The notes under the pieces: generated by a model
Seen by the model: only the letters and a program-made list of their open reading frames with translations
What the model was told of the DNA's origin: nothing
Database searches by the model: none
Assembly: GCA_029548865.1 (NCBI GenBank)
Contig: JAKPMO010000002.1
Coordinates: 160,001 to 224,000, forward strand
Length of the DNA: 64,000 nt
From: Caldisericota bacterium
GTDB lineage: Bacteria; Caldisericota; Caldisericia; JAAYUI01
Direction of reading: 5' to 3'
Shown: one piece after another, positions 9,235 to 17,782 of the stretch
How the letters are laid out: each line of letters starts with the position of its first letter
Numbering within the stretch: position 1 is the stretch's first letter
Translations under genes and position numbers: made by a program

Positions 9235-11439
9235 ATGAAAAAACTATTGCTTGTAGCGCTTGCAGTTATTATTGCCACAATGCCATTTTTCCTCCACCAC
9301 ATAGAATCTGGACAGACATCTTTTAGCCCCAAAAAGTATGTCACAGAAAACGTGATTGTCATCAACACTGATGGGTTGAGGTTTGTGGACGGACTTGGTT
9401 CAGAGGGCAAGTACTTAAGCCATATCTGGAATGATATCAGGCCAAATGGTGCCATCTTCACCAAGATGTACAATGAAACCTGCACTTATACTGCCCCTGG
9501 GCATGCACAGTGCATCACCGGTGCATGGCAATATGAGCCGAACAATGGCAGGATAAGGCCCTCAACGCCAACGATGTTCGAGTATTACAGGCGCCAGTTT
9601 GATGCGCCACCGGAGGATGTTTGCATCCTGCCCGGTAAAGGTAACTGCTGGCACCTGAACTATTCAACATTCCCAGGTTTTGGAAGAAACTATGAGACCC
9701 CATTTTATGATCTTGGCTATGGCGATGATGAGATTGCCTCGAAACTTGCGGAGCTTCTTCTGACCACCAAGCCAAAGCTTGTTTACGCAGTATTACCCCA
9801 TGTCGATGCTGTAGGACACTCAGGTGATTACAAGAAGTACACAGAATCCATTTCTCATGCCGATGAGCTCATATGGAAAATATGGCAGCAGATACAGTTT
9901 AATCCAAACTACAAAGACAAAACAACCCTCATAATAACTACCGATCATGGCAGGCATACCGAGGGTGTTAGGGATGGTTTTAAATCGCATGGCGATTCGT
10001 GTGAGGGTTGCAGGCACACCTATTGCGTAATGATCGGCCCTGATGTCAAAAAGGGTTTTGTTTATCAGTATGAATGCCTCCAGGTCGACATCGTCCCGAC
10101 GGTTGGGGAACTGCTTGGATTTGCTACGCCTGCCTGCGATGGGAGTTCTTTGATGAAGGCCCTTGTAGACAGGCCGCTAAAAGAAATTCCTGACGAGCAG
10201 AAGGCATACATCCTTTCCCTTGAGACTGAATGCAGGAGATTTAAGCAGAGCAAATATGATCAAGACCTTCCACGCATGCTTGACGCAAGCCTTAAAATCC
10301 CGGCTGCCAGTTTGGGACATTCAATAAACGATGCCATATTCTTGAAGGGTGTTCTTGAGGCCTCGGTGTTTTTGAAAAACAGCAGTGGCATAGATTACGT
10401 GAAGGCTTGGGCTGATTCGTGGATAGCAAAGGACGTGCCAAGAGACGACATTACTGATTCATTATGTGGCGAAGTTCTCTTTGAGCTTTTTGATGCCACA
10501 AATGATTCCAAGTACAAAGACATGGCAAGGGGAATTGCTGACTGGGTAATGTCCAAACCGTTTGGCGTGTCCGAGAAGGGTGCACTCCTGTGCAAAGAAA
10601 TTAAATCGCCAAAGCTCCAGGGTACAGCCAAACTCATCAAAGCGGACACGCTTTACGCTGTGGTCCCTCTTTTGTGCTATGCCCAGAAGCTGTTTGACGG
10701 CGAGTACGCGGAATTTGCGCTTGGCCAGTATGAGGCACACAAGAAACATCTGGCCGATGAAAAGGGCCTTTTCAGGCATTTTACACTGGCAAATGCTTCA
10801 CTCAAAATTAATCCAATAAACTGGGTAAGGGGCAATGCTTTTGTTTTGGGCTCAATCCTTGAGGCCTCATCAATACTTGGTGAAGACAAAGACTTCTACA
10901 AAAAGATTTCAGAATTGATCACAAAGGAACCTTTGGGTGACCAGATAGTCATGAGGCAGCAGCAAAATGGTTTGTGGATGGACGACCTCTCAGGGCAGGT
11001 ATCTGATTATGATACTGTTGCAAATTCCATATTGATCGGTGCCATTTCAAAATGGCAGGGTGAAAAAGTATCCAGAAGAGTTGGCGAGGGCAAGCTGTCA
11101 GAGATGTATTTTGACGAAGATGCACCTGCCACAATGGCTGTTTTGCCGGACAAGAAGAAGGTTACAAAGGAAAGCGCGCTCAATGGCTCGATGTACCATG
11201 TAATAGGCGCCTGGGACTCGATGTGGCCACAAATATCAGAATCTGGTCTGGTGTATGGTTGTGCTGAGCCGGCTTATGATGCCCAGTTGTACTACCAGGG
11301 TTTTATTCCTCCAGTTTACAGCAGGGACAGGGGCTTCTACAAAGAGGGCCAGGGTGCTTTCATGTCCGCACTTGTAGGTCTTTCCAGCCTGTGTTCCCAA
11401 CTTGGGCTAGTAAACAAGAGAATTCCGCCGATAAAATAG
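9235..11439 (+). CDS. Exported alkaline-phosphatase-superfamily domain fused to a GH88/GH105-like (alpha/alpha)6 domain
   Basis: N-terminal signal/anchor. AP-superfamily motifs DGLR, TAPGH, DAVGH, TTDHG. C-terminal ADTLYA, GLFRH, WVRGNA, QQQNGLW resemble YteR/UGL motifs. SD AAGGAGG. Confidence 0.65.
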   Translation: MKKLLLVALAVIIATMPFFLHHIESGQTSFSPKKYVTENVIVINTDGLRFVDGLGSEGKYLSHIWNDIRPNGAIFTKMYNETCTYTAPGHAQCITGAWQYEPNNGRIRPSTPTMFEYYRRQFDAPPEDVCILPGKGNCWHLNYSTFPGFGRNYETPFYDLGYGDDEIASKLAELLLTTKPKLVYAVLPHVDAVGHSGDYKKYTESISHADELIWKIWQQIQFNPNYKDKTTLIITTDHGRHTEGVRDGFKSHGDSCEGCRHTYCVMIGPDVKKGFVYQYECLQVDIVPTVGELLGFATPACDGSSLMKALVDRPLKEIPDEQKAYILSLETECRRFKQSKYDQDLPRMLDASLKIPAASLGHSINDAIFLKGVLEASVFLKNSSGIDYVKAWADSWIAKDVPRDDITDSLCGEVLFELFDATNDSKYKDMARGIADWVMSKPFGVSEKGALLCKEIKSPKLQGTAKLIKADTLYAVVPLLCYAQKLFDGEYAEFALGQYEAHKKHLADEKGLFRHFTLANASLKINPINWVRGNAFVLGSILEASSILGEDKDFYKKISELITKEPLGDQIVMRQQQNGLWMDDLSGQVSDYDTVANSILIGAISKWQGEKVSRRVGEGKLSEMYFDEDAPATMAVLPDKKKVTKESALNGSMYHVIGAWDSMWPQISESGLVYGCAEPAYDAQLYYQGFIPPVYSRDRGFYKEGQGAFMSALVGLSSLCSQLGLVNKRIPPIK

Positions 11440-11441
11440 GT

Positions 11442-11488
11442 AAACAAACAAAAAAGGCGCTCCTTGTAGGCGCCTTTTTTGTTTGTTT
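11442..11488. terminator. Bidirectional terminator between convergent genes
   Basis: Perfect 19-bp inverted repeat AAACAAACAAAAAAGGCGC / GCGCCTTTTTTGTTTGTTT. Confidence 0.85.
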
Positions 11489-11501
11489 TGGAGATGGGTC
11501 T

Positions 11502-11939
11502 TTAGTTGAATTTTATTGGCGCAGAAGGCCCTTTTGGAGTTTCCCTGATAATACCTGGGAACTTTGCGACCAGTATTTCAGCGGTAACACCAATGATGTT
11601 GCCATGATCGTCCAGATGACCTCCAGTGAACTCATGGTCATCTATGCAAAGCATTGCATGGATGTGGACCTTTGTTCCGCCAGCCTCTTTTGGCTCGATG
11701 TTTCCTGATGCAAGAAGGAGCTCGACTGCTCCCTCAACTTCCCTCATCGGGGCGTACTTGAAGCCCTCGGGAGTTGAAAGGATCGAAGTGAATCTGGCTT
11801 TTTTCAATGCTCCAACACATGAAGTTATAAAACCTGAACCAATACCAGAAGAGTTTACAGCTTCCCCTACACATTCAAGCAAATCATCGCCTGGATCAAG
11901 TCTGATGGCCAGAAAATCTCCGTTCAGTTTCCAGATCAT
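11502..11939 (-). CDS. DUF296 / PPC domain protein
   Basis: RLDPGDDL, ELLLASGN, HIHA..GGHL, TAEI. Confidence 0.8.
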   Translation of the reverse strand: MIWKLNGDFLAIRLDPGDDLLECVGEAVNSSGIGSGFITSCVGALKKARFTSILSTPEGFKYAPMREVEGAVELLLASGNIEPKEAGGTKVHIHAMLCIDDHEFTGGHLDDHGNIIGVTAEILVAKFPGIIRETPKGPSAPIKFN

Positions 11940-11940
11940 C

Positions 11941-12564
11941 TCACTGTTGAGGAGTAGCGGCCGGTGGTGTTGCTGCTGTTTCGCCAGCAGCTGGTGTTTC
12001 TGCTTCTGCCGCGGCTTTTGGTGCCTTGATTGTTAGGATCATTGCATCTGGCGAGGTGGTAAAGGCTATTCCTTCAGGTGCTGCTAGGCTTCTGACGTGA
12101 AGCAGGGTCCCGAGGTCGAATTCTGCTACATCAACCACGATTTCGTTTGGTATCTTTTCTGGAAGTGCTTGAACTTTTATCTTGTAAAGTCTCTGCTCAA
12201 GTCTTCCGCCGACTTTTACACCCTTTGCATCGCCAATGAGTCTTACTGGCAGTGTGACTTCGATTGGTTCGTCGAGTTTTACGGTGTAGAAGTCAATGTG
12301 TTGGACCCTTCTTGTGATTACGTGCATCTGGCATTCCTTCACAAGGGCGGTCCTCTTTGTGCCGTTTATGTCTAGGTCAAACAAAAGCGTCGAAAGCCCT
12401 TTCCTCGAGAGAAGAACAAACTCTTTCTCGTTTACCTGGACGGGCTTGGAGCCTTGCATGCCTTTACCATAAATCACGGCTGGGATGGTCCCCTGGGCCC
12501 TGAGTTGTGCATTGTGGCCCTTGGTGTCTCCTCTTTCCTCAGCTTTAAGTGATACTCTCTGCAT
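11941..12564 (-). CDS. rplY: 50S ribosomal protein L25 / CTC
   Basis: IPAVIYGK, HIDFY, GVKVGG, LPEKIP, Ala/Pro-rich tail. Confidence 0.95.
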   Translation of the reverse strand: MQRVSLKAEERGDTKGHNAQLRAQGTIPAVIYGKGMQGSKPVQVNEKEFVLLSRKGLSTLLFDLDINGTKRTALVKECQMHVITRRVQHIDFYTVKLDEPIEVTLPVRLIGDAKGVKVGGRLEQRLYKIKVQALPEKIPNEIVVDVAEFDLGTLLHVRSLAAPEGIAFTTSPDAMILTIKAPKAAAEAETPAAGETAATPPAATPQQ

Positions 12565-12577
12565 GTCTTACTCCTTC

Positions 12578-13534
12578 TTATAGTCCTGGGATTCTTCGTT
12601 CGCTCACCGGAACATTGAACAGTTCCGAGATCGAACGATGGTCTCTTATACGGATAATTGCCTCGGCAATCAAGGGTGCAACGGAGAGGACCTTAATTTT
12701 TCCTGCCCGTTTTTCTTGTGGAATTGCTATAGTGTTGGTTATTACAAGTTCTATTATTGGTGATTGGTTTATTTTTTCTACGGCATTACCACCAAGAAGG
12801 CCATGTGTTGCACAGGCAAAGATCCTTTTTGCACCATTTTTATGGGCTTCGTATGCTGCCGTTACCATGGTGCCGCCAGTCTGGACAATGTCATCAACAA
12901 ATATTACATCTTTGTCTTTTACATCGCCGATAAAGTAGAGTGATTCAACAACATCTGGTTTCGGGCGTGTTTTTGCAAACACTGCTACTGTGCCGCTCAT
13001 GCTGTTTGCAAAAAGATTTGCTCTGGTAACGCCACCAATATCTGAAACTGCAACGGGGTTTCTGATGCCAATGCTTTCAAAGTAATCTTTAAAAATCATC
13101 ATTGCAGTGAGATTGTCAAATGGGATATCAAAAAATCCCTGGATCTGGTTTGCATGCAGATCAATGGTCATTGTTCTTGTGGCACCTGCAACTGTCAATA
13201 TGTCAGCAACCAGCTTGGCTGTTATTGGCTCTCTGGCCTGTGATTTCCTGTCCTGTCTTGCATAGCCGTAGTAGGGGATAATTACATTGACCGAGTTTGC
13301 TGATGCTCTCTTCAGGGCATCAATCATTATCAGCAGTTCCATTAGGTTGTCTGCTGGCGGGTTTGTCGGTTGAATAACAAAAACATCGTAACCTCTGACA
13401 TTTTCTCCTGGCCAGCACTTTATTTCACCGTCTGCGAACTTCATTACGTTCATTTTGGAAAGAGGAACATCAACATGTTCGCAAACTTCATTGGCAAGCA
13501 TCTCATTGGCAGAACCAGAGAATATCTTTATCAT
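12578..13534 (-). CDS. prs: Ribose-phosphate pyrophosphokinase
   Basis: FADGEI, PYYGYARQDRK, DLHANQIQGFF, DDIVQTGGT. ATG at 13534 overlaps the glmU stop. Confidence 0.95.
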   Translation of the reverse strand: MIKIFSGSANEMLANEVCEHVDVPLSKMNVMKFADGEIKCWPGENVRGYDVFVIQPTNPPADNLMELLIMIDALKRASANSVNVIIPYYGYARQDRKSQAREPITAKLVADILTVAGATRTMTIDLHANQIQGFFDIPFDNLTAMMIFKDYFESIGIRNPVAVSDIGGVTRANLFANSMSGTVAVFAKTRPKPDVVESLYFIGDVKDKDVIFVDDIVQTGGTMVTAAYEAHKNGAKRIFACATHGLLGGNAVEKINQSPIIELVITNTIAIPQEKRAGKIKVLSVAPLIAEAIIRIRDHRSISELFNVPVSERRIPGL

Positions 13535-14877
13535 TTTCCCTCTCCATTTTGCTCTTTTTTCTTTTTGGCCCAACCTTCTTTTATGACCATAGGACTTCTT
13601 TCAATTGCAAGTGAATCTTCAGGAACATTTTTTGTGATTACAGAACCGGCGCCAGTGTATGCACCATCGCCTATTTCAACTGGCGCCACCAGCATTGTAT
13701 CTGAACCGATAAAGACGCCTTTTCCAATCTTTGTTTTGGATTTGTTTGTGCCATCATAATTGCACGTTATTGTTCCTGCGCCAATGTTTGTTTTTTCACC
13801 TACTTCACAGTCACCCAAATATGTAAGGTGAGGGACCTTTGATCCTTTGCCTATCTTTGATTTTTTGAGGTCGATGAAACACCCTATTGTTGCACCATCC
13901 TCAACTTCGACAAGTGGGCGCATCCTTACGAAAGGCCCTACTTTGACATTGTCGCCTATTGTTATGCCATCTTTTTTGCCATTGAGAAATACGAACGGAC
14001 CGATTTCACAGCCTTCTCCAATACTCATTTTGCCAGCCAGGTAGGTTTGGGGGTAGATTATTACATCTGGTGCTATCTCTACGCTTGTTTCAATGTATGT
14101 GGAGCCTGGATCAATTATGGTGACTCCAGACATTGCTAAATCTTTTAACCTTTTGATTAAAAGATTGCCTGTGATTTCTGCAAGCTGCCATCTATTGTTG
14201 ATTCCTCTGTATTCATCAAGATCGGTGGACCTGACGCTTACGTTTGTTTTTTCCTGCTGGTAGAGGATTTCTATAACATCAGTCAGATAATATTCTTTCT
14301 GGTCATTGTCTGGTGTGATTTTGTCGAGGGCTGGCCAGAGGTCTTCCATTTTGAAAAGATAAACACCTGCATTCACTTCGGCAATCATCTTTTCTTCAGG
14401 TTTGGCGTCCCTTTCCTCGACTATGTCTTTTATAGCACCCCAGTTGTCCCTTATGATCCTTCCGTATCCGGTTGGGTCCGGGACCTTTGCAGTGAGCATT
14501 ACACAGGATGGTTTCTCCGCCTCCGCCAGGTCTATCATTGATTTTAAGGTTGCTGGCCTAAGGAGTGGCGTATCGCCGCACAGAACAAACAAATAGCCGC
14601 TTTGACCTTCAAAGGTTGTTCTGGCTTTTATGACAGCGTCACCTGTTCCGAGCTGGGATGGCTGGGGAATGTAGGAATACGAATCTCCAAGTTCCTCCAT
14701 TACCTCTTTTGCTCCAACCCCTACCACCACGCCAATCTTTTCTATGCCAAGCGACCTGACGCAATCGAGCACATAGGATATCATTGGCCTTCCAAGGATT
14801 TGATGTAACACCTTGGGTGTCTTGGATTTCATCCTGACTCCGGCGCCTGCCGCAAGAATGAGTGCTGAGATTTCCAT
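13531..14877 (-). CDS. glmU: Bifunctional UDP-GlcNAc pyrophosphorylase / glucosamine-1-P acetyltransferase
   Basis: LAAGAGVRMKS..PKVLH, QLGTG, GYGRI, EYYLTD, HLTYLGD, NIGAGTITCNYDG. Confidence 0.95.
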   Translation of the reverse strand: MEISALILAAGAGVRMKSKTPKVLHQILGRPMISYVLDCVRSLGIEKIGVVVGVGAKEVMEELGDSYSYIPQPSQLGTGDAVIKARTTFEGQSGYLFVLCGDTPLLRPATLKSMIDLAEAEKPSCVMLTAKVPDPTGYGRIIRDNWGAIKDIVEERDAKPEEKMIAEVNAGVYLFKMEDLWPALDKITPDNDQKEYYLTDVIEILYQQEKTNVSVRSTDLDEYRGINNRWQLAEITGNLLIKRLKDLAMSGVTIIDPGSTYIETSVEIAPDVIIYPQTYLAGKMSIGEGCEIGPFVFLNGKKDGITIGDNVKVGPFVRMRPLVEVEDGATIGCFIDLKKSKIGKGSKVPHLTYLGDCEVGEKTNIGAGTITCNYDGTNKSKTKIGKGVFIGSDTMLVAPVEIGDGAYTGAGSVITKNVPEDSLAIERSPMVIKEGWAKKKKEQNGEGK

Positions 14878-14890
14878 ATGTCTCCATTTT

Positions 14891-14965
14891 TGGCTGGGGA
14901 GGCAGGATTCGAACCTGCGAGTGTCAGCTCCAAAGGCTGATGCCTTACCGCTTGGCGACTCCCCA
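14891..14965 (-). tRNA. tRNA-Gln (anticodon TTG)
   Basis: 75-nt cloverleaf TGGGGAG..TCAGC-CTTTGGA-GCTGA..GGTTCGAATCC..CTCCCCAGCCA with encoded CCA. Confidence 0.97.
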
Positions 14966-14989
14966 ACGAAAATTTGATACGGCAGATAA

Positions 14990-15017
14990 ATTTTAGCCTT
15001 CATGGTATGCATGTCAA
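14990..15017 (-). promoter_or_regulatory. Sigma70 promoter for tRNA-Gln-glmU-prs-rplY
   Basis: TTGACA-N16-TAAAAT on the minus strand. Confidence 0.65.
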
Positions 15018-15066
15018 CAGTTAAACCATTGACTGAAGCTAAGTGTATTGCCAATGGAGGATTTTG

Positions 15067-17670
15067 ATGAAAAAAATTGCCTTGTTTTTGGCACTGTTTT
15101 TAAGCCTGGTACCCTTTATTGCCATGGCCCAGATACTTCACTGGCCGATGCTGGGTGGGAACCCCCTTCATGAAGGGGAAGCTTCTGCTATCCCTCAATC
15201 TCCGCTTGAACAGACATGGAGAAAATCACTGGGAATCCCGACTTACAGCGCTCCGCTTACAGATGGCAGCAAAATATACCTTTCTTGTGGCACAAGAATT
15301 GATGATTCAGGAGCTTTCTTCTGCCTTGATCCACAAGATGGAAGAGTGGTTTTCAGGCATGATTTTGCCAAAGGCATGCCCCAAACCCCAGTTTTGTCTG
15401 GTGGAAGGATAATCGGTGCCTGTGCTGACGGGCACATATATGGCAGAGACATCAGTGGCTCCGAGGTTTATTCCACCCTCATCGAAGGCAAGGGTTCAAG
15501 ATCGTCCGGCGTTGATAATGCAACCATGGTAATTTTTGGAACGACAGGTTCAAAAAACAATCTTGTCTGCGTCGATGCATATACAGGAAACACGAACTGG
15601 ACTGCGGCAATAGCCTCTGATATCCAGACTGCTCCAGTTGCTTACGGTGGTTTGATATATGTTCTTGCTGATGACAACAACCTTTATGCGGTTAACGATT
15701 CGAATGGAAATATTGAATGGAAATGGGAGGTTGGTTCGTCTCCATCTGCCGCTCCGATGATCTTTGATAACCACCTCCTGATTCCAAGTTCATCGGGTAT
15801 TTCAAGTTTGCATCTTGCATTTGAATACAAAGATTTGAAAGTTTCCTGGACAAGGGATGATATTGGCAAAGTGACAACCATGCCATGTACTGATGGAATA
15901 AACATTTTCTTTGGGACTGATTCAGGCAAGCTCTATTGTCTTAACGGCGCAAATGGCAACCAGGACTGGGAATACAATGCTTCTTCGAGAGTAACCTGCT
16001 CGCCTGTTGTCGCATCTGGCAAGGTTGTTTTTGGGTGTGAGGATGGCAACGTCACTATCCTGGACTCTGAAAATGGCAAGTTTGTAGAAAAAATTGCCTT
16101 GGGAGCCATTCCAACGGCACAGCCGCTGGTTTTTTGGGACAGAATAATCGTTTCCTGCTCAACAGGTGAAGTTGTTTGCCTTGGGCCGAAGGGCGAAGGT
16201 GGCGGTGGTGGCGAAGTGGTTGTTGACCCCGAACCAAAGACGCCCATTCTGAAAATTGATTGCCCACAGTCTGCATTTGTAGGGCAAAAGGTGAAAATAC
16301 CAATACTCATTGAAGACGCACAAAACATAACCGGGCTCAAATTCACCTTTGCTTTTGACCAGTCAAGCATCAAGTATACAGGATACGAACCAGGTCAGTT
16401 CTTCTCCCATGATGGATCCAATCCTGAAACGACATCGCAGGAGGGCGATGGAGAGGTTGTTTTTGGGATTGGTCCAGCCTATCCCGCAAGTGGAAAGGGC
16501 ATGATTCTGGAGCTTGAGATTGAGCCACTTGTTCCAGGAAAGCATGGCCTCACACTAATCGATGCCACTGCAACAGCCGAGGGTGATTTGACCTGCGAGC
16601 CCCTGATTGTTTCTGACACTCTTGAAGTCAAGCTGCCGCGACCGGAGGTGGAAGTCCTTCTTGATCCCGCATTGATTGATCACGGGAAGATAACCGGAAA
16701 GACGAGTTTCAAGCTCAGACTCACGCAAAAAAATGGTGAACTGGCCGATTTTATTGCCAGAGGCTCATCGGAGGCCTGCATGGTTTTTCCTGACTCGGGA
16801 ACAATCGGCGGGAACAATGGAATAGACATCATTGCCACTGTTGACCCGGCAAAATTGCCAAAAGGGCCCAGCGAGGTTGTTGTCTCAGTGAACATAATCG
16901 GAAAGACCCTCAAATCAGTCATAAAAGTCATTGTGCCGGAAGAAGAACTGCCAGGAACCCCACCACCCTGCATCAAGGTTGACCCGATAGCGCTTGATTT
17001 TGGCTTTATCCCGAGGGGCAGAGAGGTATCAATCGATTTCACGCTCACATTTGATACCGACAAGGAAATATCTGGTGTAATCAAAACCGACAAGAGGTGG
17101 CTGAGGGTAACGCCGGCCACGTTCAAAACGAAGGGTGGAGAGGTTACCGGAATAGCCACCATAGCTGCTTCGGAGCTCCCAGGCGTCTCATCAGTGCTTG
17201 GCTACATGACCATTTCGGCCCAGGGGAAAATATGCCAGGATGTCCGCGTGGAGGCCAGGGTGGAGACCCAGCCAAGCATTGTGCTGGAGCTTGATGTTGG
17301 CGTGAAGAGGGCAAGCATTGGCTCGATAAAGGTCGATCTTGACCAGGCGCCGCGTATAAGAAACGAGAGGACGCTTGTTCCAATAAGGTTTGTGTCAGAG
17401 TCTTTTGGGTGCAAGGTACAGTGGGAAGCGACCACAAAAAAGGTCACCATAAACCGCTTTGACGACACGATAATCCTCTGGATAGGCAAAAAAGAGGCAA
17501 TTGTGAATGGCAAAATGGTCAGCCTTGATGTTGCCCCTTCAATTGAGGAAGGTGGGACCCTTGTACCGATAAGGTTTATCTCCCAGGCGTTTGGCGCAAG
17601 TGTCGAGTGGTTTCACGAGACAAAGCACATCAGGATCACCTATACCCCGCCGGATGATTATGTGTTCTAG
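15067..17670 (+). CDS. Secreted multidomain surface protein: PQQ-like beta-propeller, cohesin-like domain, BACON/Ig-like domains, copper amine oxidase N-terminal (stalk) domain
   Basis: Signal peptide, WPMLGGNP, repeated ..LYAV..G..W propeller blades, GEGGGGGE linker, cohesin-like VGQKVKIPI..GLKFTFAFD..SGKGMILELE, LDFG..WLRVTP, and C-terminal AP..RTLVPIRFVSE repeats. Confidence 0.75.
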   Translation: MKKIALFLALFLSLVPFIAMAQILHWPMLGGNPLHEGEASAIPQSPLEQTWRKSLGIPTYSAPLTDGSKIYLSCGTRIDDSGAFFCLDPQDGRVVFRHDFAKGMPQTPVLSGGRIIGACADGHIYGRDISGSEVYSTLIEGKGSRSSGVDNATMVIFGTTGSKNNLVCVDAYTGNTNWTAAIASDIQTAPVAYGGLIYVLADDNNLYAVNDSNGNIEWKWEVGSSPSAAPMIFDNHLLIPSSSGISSLHLAFEYKDLKVSWTRDDIGKVTTMPCTDGINIFFGTDSGKLYCLNGANGNQDWEYNASSRVTCSPVVASGKVVFGCEDGNVTILDSENGKFVEKIALGAIPTAQPLVFWDRIIVSCSTGEVVCLGPKGEGGGGGEVVVDPEPKTPILKIDCPQSAFVGQKVKIPILIEDAQNITGLKFTFAFDQSSIKYTGYEPGQFFSHDGSNPETTSQEGDGEVVFGIGPAYPASGKGMILELEIEPLVPGKHGLTLIDATATAEGDLTCEPLIVSDTLEVKLPRPEVEVLLDPALIDHGKITGKTSFKLRLTQKNGELADFIARGSSEACMVFPDSGTIGGNNGIDIIATVDPAKLPKGPSEVVVSVNIIGKTLKSVIKVIVPEEELPGTPPPCIKVDPIALDFGFIPRGREVSIDFTLTFDTDKEISGVIKTDKRWLRVTPATFKTKGGEVTGIATIAASELPGVSSVLGYMTISAQGKICQDVRVEARVETQPSIVLELDVGVKRASIGSIKVDLDQAPRIRNERTLVPIRFVSESFGCKVQWEATTKKVTINRFDDTIILWIGKKEAIVNGKMVSLDVAPSIEEGGTLVPIRFISQAFGASVEWFHETKHIRITYTPPDDYVF

Positions 17671-17689
17671 ATAAGCATGGCATACAAAG

Positions 17690-17721
17690 AGGCCCTTTTA
17701 TAAATTTGAAGGGGCCTGTTT
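17690..17721 (+). terminator. Putative terminator
   Basis: AGGCCCTTT..AAGGGGCCT hairpin followed by GTTT. Confidence 0.5.
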
Positions 17722-17782
17722 ACTATTTCAAAGTATTATTAGATATCTAATCTAATAATATGATAATTTTTGGTACATTAAA

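Noticed and set aside
9217..9237. Near-identical initiation regions AAAAGGAGG(G)CTGCAAATG at this gene and nfnB
   Set aside because: Mostly SD plus ATG; the few extra shared bases are compatible with chance.
14878..15054. N-terminal extension of the glmU ORF
   Set aside because: It reads through tRNA-Gln. GlmU homology begins at MEISALILAAG (14877).
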